Shown one piece after another: positions 27,081 through 36,377 of a DNA stretch of 64,000 bases; within the stretch, counting starts at the first letter, position 1; the number at the start of each line of letters is the position of its first letter. The translations under genes were made by a program, and so were the position numbers. This DNA is from an uncultured Actinomycetes bacterium. GTDB taxonomy: Bacteria > Actinomycetota > UBA4738 > HRBIN12. Below the pieces are notes generated by a model. The model was given only the letters and a program-made list of their open reading frames with translations. It was not told the origin of the DNA and did not search any database. The stretch covers positions 812,654 to 876,653 of the forward strand of contig CAVQCI010000003.1 of NCBI GenBank assembly GCA_963710985.1. The letters run 5' to 3'.

Positions 27081-28082
27081 GTGGACGATCTCGATTTCTG
27101 GATCGGGGAGTGGGAGTGCACGTGGGAGGACGGGTGGGGCACGAGCACCGTCTCCCGTGAGCTCGACGGCAAGGTGGTCGTCGATCGGTTCGAGGCGTTC
27201 GGACGCGAGCCGTTCACCGGGATGAGCGCGACCGTCCTCGACACCGCCTCGGGCTCGTGGCGCCAGACCTGGGTCGACTCCCGAGGCACGTACTGGACGT
27301 TCACGGGGGGGCCGCGCGACGATGCCTCGTTCGTGCTCACGGCGGCCGACCCGCCGAGCGCCACCCCGCGCCCGGCGCGGATGGTGTTCTCGGACATCGC
27401 GCCCGACGGGTTCGTGTGGCGGTGGGAGGTGTCGCCCGACGGGGGGGCGTGGACCGAGCGCTGGAGGATCCAGTACCGACGGCGCGGTGCCCGAACGCAG
27501 GACCCGACCACGCTCCGCGAGGCGGTCCTGGAGACGTCCCGGTTGCGGCTACGCGAGCTCGTCCCCGGCGACGTGGACGCGCTCGCGGCGCTGTACGCCG
27601 ACCCCGACGTGATGCGCTGGATCGGGACCGGCGGCGTGCGGACCCGCGAGGACGCGCGCCGTGTGATCGAGCGCGAGCTCGCCGGGTACCGCGAGCTCGG
27701 CTACGGCGACTGGGCGACGACGCTCCGCGGTTCGGACGAGCTGATCGGCCTCTGCGGCGTGCTGCGGTGGCCGGACCTCGACGGGAAGGAGGAGATCGAG
27801 GTGGCGTACCTGCTCGGGCGCGCGTGGTGGGGCAGTGGTTATGCGACCGAAGCCGCGGCGGCGATCCGCGACTGGGCGCGCCGCACGCTGGAACGCGAGC
27901 GGCTCGTGTGCCTCGTGTACCACGACAACGTCGCGTCGGCCGCCGTGGCCCGCAAGCTCGGCATGGCCTGGGAGAAGGACGTGTCGCTCGGCGCCGAGAC
28001 GGTCGCGCTCTACGCGCTGCCGGCCGTAGATCGGTCGTCCCCGCGCGCAGGCGGCTCACGCTCTGACCGTCCTTCGGCGTAG
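27081..28082 (+). CDS. Two-domain protein: N-terminal DUF1579-like beta-barrel + C-terminal GNAT N-acetyltransferase
   Basis: DFWIGEWECTWEDGWG N-terminal. C-terminal LRLRELVPGDVDALAALYADPDVMRWIG..IGLCGVLRW..GRAWWGSGYATEAA (RimJ/RimL-like). Confidence 0.7.
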   Translation: MDDLDFWIGEWECTWEDGWGTSTVSRELDGKVVVDRFEAFGREPFTGMSATVLDTASGSWRQTWVDSRGTYWTFTGGPRDDASFVLTAADPPSATPRPARMVFSDIAPDGFVWRWEVSPDGGAWTERWRIQYRRRGARTQDPTTLREAVLETSRLRLRELVPGDVDALAALYADPDVMRWIGTGGVRTREDARRVIERELAGYRELGYGDWATTLRGSDELIGLCGVLRWPDLDGKEEIEVAYLLGRAWWGSGYATEAAAAIRDWARRTLERERLVCLVYHDNVASAAVARKLGMAWEKDVSLGAETVALYALPAVDRSSPRAGGSRSDRPSA

Positions 28083-28127
28083 CGTGTTCGGGTCGCCCGC
28101 AACGCCGCCGCACCGAAAGGACGGGAG

Positions 28128-29306
28128 ATGGTGAACGAACGCGTAGAGATGCTGGAGAACAGCGCGACACTCTACTTCGGGCCCTGGTACCGACGGTCGC
28201 CGTTCTTCGACGCGACCCGGCGCGCGGGCTGCACCTCCTACGACATCTACAACCACATGTACCTGCCTGCGTACTTCGACGACCCCGACGTCGAGTACCG
28301 CCTGTTGAACGAAAGTGTGACGATGTGGGACGTCGGCGTGGAGCGCACGGTCGAGGTGAGCGGCCCCGACGCCGACCGGTTGATCGACATGCTCACGTGC
28401 CGCGACCTCACGAAGTGCGCGGTCAAGCAGGGCAAGTACATGCTCGTGATCGCGCCCGACGGGGGCATCGTGAACGACCCCGTGCTGCTGCACGTCGCCG
28501 AGGGGCGCTGGTGGATGCAGCTCGCCGATTCCGACGCGCACCTGTACGCGATGGGGGTGGCCGCGGCGAGCGGGCTCGACGCGCAGGTCACGCTGCCCGA
28601 CGTCCACCCGATGCAGGTGCAGGGTCCGCTCGCGGGCAAGACGCTCGAGAAGCTCGTGGGCCCGGCGATCTACGACCTCAAGTACTACTGGTGCGACGAG
28701 TTCGTGATCGAGGGGATCCCGGTCGTGATCAGCCGGACCGGGTGGACCGCGGTCCCCGGGTTCGAGGTGAACCTGCTCGACGGCTCGATGGGCGACGCGC
28801 TGTGGGACACGGTCGCGGCCGCCGGCGAGGAGTTCGGCATCCGACCGATCGCGCCGTGCGAGGCGCGGCGGATCGAGGCGGGGATCTTTAACTACGGCTC
28901 GGACATCACGCTCGCCGACACACCCTTCCACGTGATGGGGCTCGAACGGCTCGTCGAGGACCAGCCGCAGGACTACGTGGGCAAGCGCGCGCTCGAGGAG
29001 GTCCGCGCGCGCGGCGTCGACCGCAAGCTCGTCGGGATCGAGCTCGAGGGCGCCGAGCTCCGCGCCGAGCTGTCGCGAACGTGGTCCGCTTTCAAGGACG
29101 GCAAGGAGGTCGGGACGCTCACCGACGCGGTGTGGTCACCGGGCCTGGGCAAGAACATCGGGTACGTGTGGGTGCCGATCGAGCTCGCCGAGCCCGGCAC
29201 CAGGCTCGACGTCGAGACCGAGCACGGCGAGCACCTCGTCGGCATCACGGCTGCGATCCCGTTCGTCGACCCGCGCAAGGAGGCTCCGGCGGCCTCGCTC
29301 GGCTAG
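28128..29306 (+). CDS. Glycine-cleavage-T-like aminomethyltransferase family protein (GcvT/DmdA-like)
   Basis: YFGPWYRRSPFFDATRRAGCTSYDIYNHMYLPAYF..MWDVGVERTVEVSGPDA..MQVQGPLA..GKNIGYVWVP. RBS AAGGACGGGAG. Confidence 0.85.
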   Translation: MVNERVEMLENSATLYFGPWYRRSPFFDATRRAGCTSYDIYNHMYLPAYFDDPDVEYRLLNESVTMWDVGVERTVEVSGPDADRLIDMLTCRDLTKCAVKQGKYMLVIAPDGGIVNDPVLLHVAEGRWWMQLADSDAHLYAMGVAAASGLDAQVTLPDVHPMQVQGPLAGKTLEKLVGPAIYDLKYYWCDEFVIEGIPVVISRTGWTAVPGFEVNLLDGSMGDALWDTVAAAGEEFGIRPIAPCEARRIEAGIFNYGSDITLADTPFHVMGLERLVEDQPQDYVGKRALEEVRARGVDRKLVGIELEGAELRAELSRTWSAFKDGKEVGTLTDAVWSPGLGKNIGYVWVPIELAEPGTRLDVETEHGEHLVGITAAIPFVDPRKEAPAASLG

Positions 29307-29315
29307 GGTGGCCCC

Positions 29316-29774
29316 ATGGACGAGCGGGCGGGTCCGTCGAAGCGGATCGCGCTGGTCGCGCACGACAACAAGAAGACGGAGCTCCGCGACTGGGTCGCCG
29401 CCAACCGCGACCTGCTGACCGGGCACGAGCTGATCGCGACCGGGACCACGGGCACGATGATCGAGCGGGAGCTCGGGCTCCCGGTCAAGCGGTTGAAGAG
29501 CGGCCCGCTCGGCGGCGACGTCCAGATCGGGGCGCGGATCTCCGAAGGTGACATCGACCTGCTGGTGTTCTTCTGGGACCCGCTCGAAGCGCAGCCGCAC
29601 GATCCCGACGTGCGGGCGCTGCTGCGCATCGCGGTAGTGTGGAACATCCCGATCGCATGCAACCTCGCGACGGCGGACTTCATCGTGACCTCGCCGCTGA
29701 TGACCAGCTCGTACGAGCGGATGCTGCCGGACTACCACGCGCACGACGTACGGCTGGACCCGGCCGGGGACTGA
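29316..29774 (+). CDS. mgsA: Methylglyoxal synthase
   Basis: [72 protein letters not shown]. Confidence 0.9.
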   Translation: MDERAGPSKRIALVAHDNKKTELRDWVAANRDLLTGHELIATGTTGTMIERELGLPVKRLKSGPLGGDVQIGARISEGDIDLLVFFWDPLEAQPHDPDVRALLRIAVVWNIPIACNLATADFIVTSPLMTSSYERMLPDYHAHDVRLDPAGD

Positions 29775-29794
29775 GCCGCGACGACGCGACGCGC

Positions 29795-30922
29795 TCAGCA
29801 GCAGTGCAGCGCGAACGCCCGGTCGACGGTGTCCACGTAGTAGCCGACCGCCCAGACGTTCGCGGCGCCGCCCGCGTCGACCCCGAACAGGACGCCTCCG
29901 GTGCCTGGTCGGGCGGTGGGCTGGATCTTCCAGCCCGCTCCGTTCCAGTGCACGATCACGGGCGCATACGTGGCGCCGTCGTAGGAGTCCCCGACCGCCC
30001 ACGCGTCCTTCGCCGAGGACGCGGTGACCCCGATCACCTCGGTGTCGCCGGTCCCGACGTTGGGGGTCTTGGCGACCTTCCAGCGCGTGCCGTTCCAGCG
30101 GAGGATCAGCGTGCGTCTCCGCACGCCGTCCGAGTGCACGCCGACGGCCCACGCGTCGGAGGCGGAGGTCGCCGCGACGTCGAAGAGGTAGTCGTCCGCG
30201 GCGCCGGGGTTCGGGCTCTTGACGACCTTCCAGGCCGTGCCGTTCCATCGCTCGATCAGCGTGCGGTCACCAGACGTGGGGATCCGGTGACCGACCGCCC
30301 AGACGTTGCCCGCTCCGGTGGCGGCCACGCCGATCAGGACGTTCTCCCCGGTACCCACGTTCGGCGTCGAGATCACCTTCCATCTGGTGCCGTTCCAGTG
30401 CAGCGCGAGGGTGCGCAGGACCCCGCCGCCGACGCGGTCCCCGACCGCCCAGATGTCGTGGGCGCCGTTCGCGGCGATCCCCGACAGGTCGTTGCCCTTC
30501 GCGCTCGGGCTCGGGCTCTTGACGACCTTCCATGCCGTGCCGTTCCAGTGCTCGACGAGGGTCCGCGCCCGGCCGGCGTCGTACCAGGTCCCGACGGCCC
30601 AGACGTTGCGCGTGGAGATGGCGACCACGTCCGAGAGCTCGCTCTGCGTCGCCGAGGGGTTCGGGCTCGGCTGAACCGACCACGTGGTGCCGTTCCAGCG
30701 CTCGACGAGGGTCTTCCAGACCCCGGCGTCGTAGGAGAGCCCGACGGCCCAGGCGTTGCAGCGATCGAGCACGCTCACGTCCCTCAGTTGGTTCGTGCCC
30801 GCCCCCACGCTCGGTGGCTGCACGCCCCAGGACTGGCACGTGCGCGCCCGGGCCGGCGCCGCGGGGACGACCACGAGCGACGCGAGCACGAGCGTCGCGA
30901 CGATCCGAGCGATGCGATGCAT
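29795..30922 (-). CDS. Secreted tandem-repeat protein: seven ~48-aa repeats (WAVG...WNGTxWxxxxSP), probable beta-propeller
   Basis: Signal peptide MHRIARIVATLVLASLVVVPAAPARA. Repeats such as RTLVEHWNGTAWKVVKSPSPSAKGNDLSGIAANGAHDIWAVGD repeated 7 times. C-terminal part of artefactual ORF 29795..32746. Confidence 0.65.
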   Translation of the reverse strand: MHRIARIVATLVLASLVVVPAAPARARTCQSWGVQPPSVGAGTNQLRDVSVLDRCNAWAVGLSYDAGVWKTLVERWNGTTWSVQPSPNPSATQSELSDVVAISTRNVWAVGTWYDAGRARTLVEHWNGTAWKVVKSPSPSAKGNDLSGIAANGAHDIWAVGDRVGGGVLRTLALHWNGTRWKVISTPNVGTGENVLIGVAATGAGNVWAVGHRIPTSGDRTLIERWNGTAWKVVKSPNPGAADDYLFDVAATSASDAWAVGVHSDGVRRRTLILRWNGTRWKVAKTPNVGTGDTEVIGVTASSAKDAWAVGDSYDGATYAPVIVHWNGAGWKIQPTARPGTGGVLFGVDAGGAANVWAVGYYVDTVDRAFALHCC

Positions 30923-31060
30923 GGATCCCCTCTCCGGTCCTGCGGGGCCGACGGCACACGATAGCCGTATGCGGGTCCGTCCGCTCGCGACGAGGTGGCG
31001 CGCGGTGGCGGGGAGGGCTAGATTGCAGGGCCTTGAGCGAGGTCGAGCCGGAGGGGGGCC

Positions 31061-32650
31061 ATGTCGACCACCGCTGCAGGTGCCGCGGGCGCGGACGGAG
31101 CGCCGCCGCCAGAACGAACCGATCTCGGACCGTTCCCTGCGCTGTTGCGTCCGTTGGTCGATCTCGTGGCGGGGATCAGGGCGACGGTCCACACGAAGCT
31201 GCTCGCGGGGTTCCTCCTGATCGCGGTGTTGCTCCTGTCGATGGGGATCGTGAGCATCGCCGTGCTCGACCGGATCAACGACCAGGTGGTGAAGCTCACC
31301 GCGCTGAGCGACCAGGTGAACCAGGCGCGGCAGATGATCTACGAGGTCACGGCGCAGAGCCACTACCGGGCGATGGCGCTGCTCACCCACGATCCGAGCT
31401 GGACCGAGAAGATCTACCTCGCGAAGGACGAGTTCGACTCGAACCTGCAGGAGATCCGCTCCTACGCGGTCCCGTCCCAGCCGGCGTTCTTCGATGAGCT
31501 CGCCACAGCGAACGAGTCCTTCCGGCTCTCGAGCGACCGGGTCACGCAGCTGTACGACGATCGACACGTGAAGCAGGCGCTGCTGCTCCACATCGATCAG
31601 GAGCACACGCTCTCGCACGTGCTCGAGGACCGCCTCAACGTGCTGATCGCAGATTCGCAGGGGCTGTTCGCCGCCGAGACGGCGTCCTTCGCGAGCCACC
31701 GTCATTTCCTGACGATCGTGGTCGCCGCCTTCTCGGGGGTGAGCCTGCTGGCCGCGCTCGCGCTCGGCGCGGTGCTCTCCTGGTCGCTGATCAGGCCGGT
31801 CCGCCGGGTGGACACGGCGCTCGCGCGGATCGCAGGCGGCGACTTCGACACGCGCGTGCAGGTGCCCAATCGGGACGAGTTCGGGAACCTGACGCGCAAC
31901 CTGAACCGGACCGCCGAACAGCTGTCGAGCGTGTACCACGACCTGGAGACCCTCAACGCCAACCTGCAGGAGAGCGTCGACGCCAAGGTCGCGGAGCTCG
32001 AACGGGTGTCCCGCCTGAAGCGCTACCTCTCGCCGCGGCTGGCGGACTCGATCGTGGCGCAGGAGCGCGAGATCGACCTGGCGCCGCGCAGGAAGTTCCT
32101 CACGACGTTCTTCTCCGACGTGCGTGGGTTCACGGCGGCGTCGGAGCGGATGGAGCCCGAGGAGCTGATCGACGAGCTCAACGACTACCTGTCGGAGATG
32201 ACCGACATCGTGTTCAGGTTCGAGGGCACGCTGGACAAGTACGTGGGCGACGCGGTGATGGTGTTCTTCGGCGATCCGATCTGGCAGGACGACCATGCGG
32301 AGCGTGCGGTGCGGATGGCCTTCGAGATGCGCGAGCGGATGGTGGCCCTGCAGGAGCGTTGGCAGCGCAAGTACCGGGAGGCGTTCCAGATGGGGATCGG
32401 GATCGCGACGGGCTGGGTGACGGTCGGCGACATCGGCTCGTCCGCGCGCAGCGACTACACGGTGCTCGGCAACGAGGTGAACCTCGCGTCGCGCCTGTCC
32501 GATCTCGCCACGGCGGGGCAGATCCTCGTCACGGAGCGGACCCTGGACGAGGTGCGCGACCTGATCGTGGCAACACCGGTCGACGAGGTCACGTTGAAGG
32601 GTGTCAGCCGCTCGATCAGGGTGTACGCGGTCGAACCGCGCGAGGCGTGA
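31061..32650 (+). CDS. Membrane-anchored class III adenylate/guanylate cyclase with HAMP domain
   Basis: TM, HAMP (LIRPVRRVDTALARIAGGDFDTRVQV), CHD domain FFSDVRGFTAASE..KYVGDAVMVFFGDP..GIATGWVTVGDIGS..YTVLGNEVNLASRL. Confidence 0.9.
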   Translation: MSTTAAGAAGADGAPPPERTDLGPFPALLRPLVDLVAGIRATVHTKLLAGFLLIAVLLLSMGIVSIAVLDRINDQVVKLTALSDQVNQARQMIYEVTAQSHYRAMALLTHDPSWTEKIYLAKDEFDSNLQEIRSYAVPSQPAFFDELATANESFRLSSDRVTQLYDDRHVKQALLLHIDQEHTLSHVLEDRLNVLIADSQGLFAAETASFASHRHFLTIVVAAFSGVSLLAALALGAVLSWSLIRPVRRVDTALARIAGGDFDTRVQVPNRDEFGNLTRNLNRTAEQLSSVYHDLETLNANLQESVDAKVAELERVSRLKRYLSPRLADSIVAQEREIDLAPRRKFLTTFFSDVRGFTAASERMEPEELIDELNDYLSEMTDIVFRFEGTLDKYVGDAVMVFFGDPIWQDDHAERAVRMAFEMRERMVALQERWQRKYREAFQMGIGIATGWVTVGDIGSSARSDYTVLGNEVNLASRLSDLATAGQILVTERTLDEVRDLIVATPVDEVTLKGVSRSIRVYAVEPREA

Positions 32651-33930
32651 AGCCGCGCGCGGCCCTCCTCGCACTTCTCCTGACCGCCTGCACGTCGGCC
32701 GTAGGGACGGCGGACCCGCGCGCGTCCTCGCCGTCGGCGCCCTCACCCACCACGACGTCGCCGGCGCCCGATGCCGCCGTGCCCACGGCTGCCCCGAGCG
32801 CCGCGCCCGCGATCGCGCGCCGGCCCTCCGACGCTCCGTGGACCGGCGCGCTGGATCGGCTCGTGGGCGGCGCCGACGTCTCGGTCGCGGTGGGCATCGC
32901 AGAGACGATCGTGTGCGCGCACCGCGGGACCGTGCCCCGGATCCCCGCGTCGAACGAGAAGCTCCTGACCTCGATGGCTGCGCTCGACCGCTTCGGGCCC
33001 GCTCACCGCTTCCCGACGACCGCGGCGAGCGCCTCTCGCCTCCGCCGCGGGATCCTGCGAGGCGATCTGTGGCTGGTGGGTTCCGGCGACCCCGAGCTGA
33101 CGTCGGCGCGTCTGGCCACGCTAGCGGCGGCGCTCCGCGACGCCGGGCTCCGCGAGGTGCGCGGCTCGGTGATCGGGGACACCGCGACGTTCGACCGCGG
33201 CTGGTGGGCGCTCGGCTGGCAGCGACACCTGTCGCGCTCCTTCGTGACGCGCCCGACGGCGCTCGCGTTCGACGGCAACCAGGTGCCGGAACCCGAGCGC
33301 GCGGCGGCCGCGTCGCTCACGGCGTCGCTCGAGGCGATCGGCGTCACGGTGACGGGGCCACCGACGTCCGGCGCCGCCCCAGCCGGGCTCCGGACCGTCG
33401 CGACGACCAGGTCCGCGGCCCTGGAGGACGTCCTGACGCGACAGAACCACGGGTCGATCAACTTCGACGCCGAGATGCTGACGAAGGCCCTCGGGTTCGC
33501 GGTGTCGGGGCAGGGAGCCTCGACAGCCGACGGAGCCGCGGTGATCCGGACGTGGGCCGCCCGCCACGGGGTACGGGCGGACGTCTTCGACGGATCCGGC
33601 CTTTCGCACCGCGACCGGATCTCCGCCGACGGCCTGGTGAGCCTTCTCCTGCAGGCGGCGCGCGCTCCGTGGGGCCGCGTGCTCGAGCGGTCGCTGCCCG
33701 CGGGCGGCGAGGGGACGCTCGCCGGAAGGCTCGTGGGCGTCGCGGTCCGTGCGAAGACCGGCACGCTGTTCGTGACCCCCGTTTCGGCGCTGTCCGGCTA
33801 CGTCCGCTCGGTAGATGGCGTGCGGGTTGCCTTCTCGGTGCTCTCCCGAGGGATGGACGAGCCGGCCGCGGTCGCCCTGGAGGACGCGATCGTCCGCCTG
33901 CTGGCCTCGACCCCGTTCCGCGGCGCCTGA
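32647..33930 (+). CDS. dacB: D-alanyl-D-alanine carboxypeptidase/endopeptidase (PBP4, peptidase S13)
   Basis: GTG start overlaps the cyclase stop. Lipobox LLTAC. PASNEKLLTSMAAL (SxxK), FDGSGLSHRDRISA, RAKTGTL (KTG) motifs. Confidence 0.8.
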   Translation: MKPRAALLALLLTACTSAVGTADPRASSPSAPSPTTTSPAPDAAVPTAAPSAAPAIARRPSDAPWTGALDRLVGGADVSVAVGIAETIVCAHRGTVPRIPASNEKLLTSMAALDRFGPAHRFPTTAASASRLRRGILRGDLWLVGSGDPELTSARLATLAAALRDAGLREVRGSVIGDTATFDRGWWALGWQRHLSRSFVTRPTALAFDGNQVPEPERAAAASLTASLEAIGVTVTGPPTSGAAPAGLRTVATTRSAALEDVLTRQNHGSINFDAEMLTKALGFAVSGQGASTADGAAVIRTWAARHGVRADVFDGSGLSHRDRISADGLVSLLLQAARAPWGRVLERSLPAGGEGTLAGRLVGVAVRAKTGTLFVTPVSALSGYVRSVDGVRVAFSVLSRGMDEPAAVALEDAIVRLLASTPFRGA

Positions 33931-33954
33931 AGGCCGAGCGCGGGGACCGTCGAA

Positions 33955-34344
33955 CTACGAGGTCGCGTGCTCGAGCCGGCCGCCGAAGGCGTGGCGCGCC
34001 GAGGCGATCGCCCACAGGGCCACGATCGCGACCACGAGGACGCCGAGGGCCGTCTCGCTCGCCCCGACGATGGCGACGATCCCCGCTACGAGCGCGACCA
34101 ACCCGACGATCGACGTGGCGACCGTGTAGCTCATGGGCGCCGTCCGCTCCGGGCCCGGGCCGTAGACCGAGGCCATGTTCGCGGCGTCGCTCGTGCACCC
34201 GACGAACCCGAGCGCGAGCACGATGCCCGAGAGCGCCCGCACCGACATCCCTTCGGCGGCCGCCCCGTTCGTCCACAGCAGGTACAGGACGACGGCCGCG
34301 CCCGTGACCACCGTCGCCAGCCCGTCTCTCCACGACACGCGCAT
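33955..34344 (-). CDS. Membrane protein, hypothetical (3-4 TM)
   Basis: Hydrophobic segments LATVVTGAAVVLYLLW, LSGIVLALGFVGC, VATSIVGLVALVAGIVAIVG, LGVLVVAIVALWAIA. Start site uncertain (34344 or 34398). Confidence 0.45.
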   Translation of the reverse strand: MRVSWRDGLATVVTGAAVVLYLLWTNGAAAEGMSVRALSGIVLALGFVGCTSDAANMASVYGPGPERTAPMSYTVATSIVGLVALVAGIVAIVGASETALGVLVVAIVALWAIASARHAFGGRLEHATS

Positions 34345-34482
34345 CGAACGCCTCCGATCTGGGAACCCTCCGAACCAGGTTGGCAGCCGCCCGCGCACGC
34401 AGGCAGGGGCGGGAGGCCCGTCGCCTCGGGGACGCTCAGGCCTCGGAGATCACGATCGCCCTCCATCGAGGGTGGTGGTCCC

Positions 34483-35766
34483 TCAGGCGGCGCCGAGCCC
34501 GAGCTCCTCGACGAGGGGGGTACCGTCCGCGCCTTCGTGCAGCTCGTCCCTCGACACGCGCCGAGCGGCGAGCACGCCCCACCCGGCGGCGGCGATAGCG
34601 GCGAGCCCACCCAGGGCGACCCCGGCCCGCGGCCCGAAGGCGTCGCAGACGAAGCCGAGCAACGGCCCGCCCACCGGCGTGCTCCCCAGGAACACGATCG
34701 CCTGCAGCGCGAGCACCCGCCCGCGCATCTGGGGGTCCGAGCGGAGCTGCATCATCGCGGTCGAGGCCGTCATGAACCCGACGCTCGCGAGCCCGACGAC
34801 CAGCGCCGTGGGGAAGGCGGCACGGAGCGTCGGCATCACCGAGAAGACGAGCATCGCCCCCCCGAACACGAGCGAGGCCGTCGCGATGGTGGCGATGCTC
34901 ACGTGGCGCCGGCGGGCCGCGATCAACGCGCCGAGCAGCGACCCGACGCTCAGGACCGAGTACAGCAGCGTGTAGGTGGCGTCGGTACCACCGAGCGATC
35001 GCTCGACGAACAGCGGGAGCACGACGCTGAAGTTGAACGTCAGCGTGCCGACGACCGCCATCATCACGAGCGGGATCCACAGCTCGTCGGTGCGGCGCAC
35101 GTAGCGAAGGCCGTCGCGCACCTGCCCTTTCGCCCGTTCGGTCACCGGCGGCTGGAGCAGCTCGGCCGGGCGCATCATCCACAGCCCGGCGAGCACCGCG
35201 AGGTAGGAGACGGCGTCGACCGTGAAGCACCATCCGAAGCCGACCGTGACCACGAGCAGACCGGCGAGCGCGGGTCCCACGATCCGCGAGCTGGTCATCA
35301 GGGCGCTGTTCAGGCTGACCGCGTTCTGGATGTCCTCGGCCGGGACCATCTCGGACACGAACGAGCGCCTGGCCGGGTTGTCGAAGGAGAGGATCAGCCC
35401 GCCCACGAGCGCGGTGACGTAGAAGGCCCAAGTCGGCGCGTTCGGCAAGAACGCGAGCGTCGCCAGCGCGAAGGACTGGAGCATCTGCAGGGCCTGGGTC
35501 GTGAGCAGCAGACGCCGCTTGTCGGAGCGGTCGGCGATCAGGCCGGCCCATGCGCCGAGCAGGAGCACCGGCCCGAATTGGAGCGCCACCAGCGTGCCGA
35601 CCCCGATCCCGCTGCCGGTGCGATGCAGGACCAGCAGCACGAGCGCGACCGAGGTGAGCCAGCTCCCGACCTGGGAGATCAGCTGGCCCCAGAAGAACAG
35701 ACGGAAGTTCCGGACATGGAGCGAGCGGAACGTGTCGCGCAGCGCGTCCGCAGCTCGGCGCCTCAT
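34483..35766 (-). CDS. MFS transporter (enterobactin-exporter/EntS-like family)
   Basis: 12 TM. FRLFFWGQLISQVGSWLTSVAL..GLIADRSDKRRLLL..SRIVGPALAGLL. Start overlaps the marR stop. Confidence 0.85.
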   Translation of the reverse strand: MRRRAADALRDTFRSLHVRNFRLFFWGQLISQVGSWLTSVALVLLVLHRTGSGIGVGTLVALQFGPVLLLGAWAGLIADRSDKRRLLLTTQALQMLQSFALATLAFLPNAPTWAFYVTALVGGLILSFDNPARRSFVSEMVPAEDIQNAVSLNSALMTSSRIVGPALAGLLVVTVGFGWCFTVDAVSYLAVLAGLWMMRPAELLQPPVTERAKGQVRDGLRYVRRTDELWIPLVMMAVVGTLTFNFSVVLPLFVERSLGGTDATYTLLYSVLSVGSLLGALIAARRRHVSIATIATASLVFGGAMLVFSVMPTLRAAFPTALVVGLASVGFMTASTAMMQLRSDPQMRGRVLALQAIVFLGSTPVGGPLLGFVCDAFGPRAGVALGGLAAIAAAGWGVLAARRVSRDELHEGADGTPLVEELGLGAA

Positions 35767-36230
35767 CGATCGGGTTCCTCGGTGGCGGCGACGATCGCCT
35801 CGAGGACATCGGCGGCTTCGGACAGCCGGCGAACGTCGTCCGCAGGGAGCTCGTGCATCCGGGCGGCGAGCCAGGCGGTCCGCTTCGTGCGGCGGGAGGC
35901 GACCCGTCGGTGACCCGCGGCGGTGAGGCCGACCCGCACGATCCGCCGGTCTTTGGCGTCGACCGTGCGGTCGACGAGACCGAGACGGAGCAGCTTGTCG
36001 ACGGTGGCGGTCACGCTCGGCTTCGTGAGGCGCTCGCGCCGGGCGAGGTCGCCGAGGGTGATCGGCCCGTGTCGATCGAGGGTGAACAGGAACGAGGCCA
36101 GCGTGGGGGACAGGTCGTCGGTGTCCTCCTGGCGAAGGATCCGGGTCATCCGCATCATCGAGCGACGGAGGCGGTCCGCGACGTCGACGACGTCGACGGT
36201 CCCCGGCACGTCGTGGAGGGTGGGGCTCAT
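35763..36230 (-). CDS. MarR-family transcriptional regulator
   Basis: LFTLDRHGPITLGDLARRERLTKPSVTATVDKLLRLGLVDRTVDAKDRRIVRVGLTAAG winged-helix. Confidence 0.85.
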   Translation of the reverse strand: MSPTLHDVPGTVDVVDVADRLRRSMMRMTRILRQEDTDDLSPTLASFLFTLDRHGPITLGDLARRERLTKPSVTATVDKLLRLGLVDRTVDAKDRRIVRVGLTAAGHRRVASRRTKRTAWLAARMHELPADDVRRLSEAADVLEAIVAATEEPDR

Positions 36231-36248
36231 GGTCGCGATGATAGCAAA

Positions 36249-36269
36249 AGTTAGTCAGATGAACTAACT
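36249..36269. promoter_or_regulatory. Palindromic operator candidate (AGTTAGT-N7-ACTAACT) in the marR / cupredoxin divergent intergenic region
   Basis: AT-rich island in a 70% GC genome. Perfect 7-bp inverted repeat agttagtcagatgaactaact, 20 nt from the marR start. Confidence 0.45.
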
Positions 36270-36377
36270 GATTGTTGAGTTGCGAACGGAGCCTGTTCGC
36301 AGAGCGTACGCCGATGTCTTGCCGCGCATGTGTTTCGAGGCGTACAGTCTGGCGGTCTTCACTGACTGGGAGGGATC

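Noticed and set aside
24226-27511. Long minus-strand ORFs 24226..25962 (578 aa) and 25694..27511 (605 aa)
   Set aside because: Antisense shadows of the beta-helix lipoprotein and phosphoesterase genes. Arg/Asp/Gly-rich low complexity.
30532-31497. 321-aa + ORF and several others antisense to the WNGT-repeat gene
   Set aside because: Arg-rich shadow ORFs. The minus-strand repeat protein has a signal peptide and an ordered repeat architecture.
32601-35913. 568-aa (32601..34307) and 648-aa (33967..35913) + ORFs
   Set aside because: Off-frame shadows over dacB and antisense to the MFS/MarR genes. Extreme Arg/Pro/Gly content.
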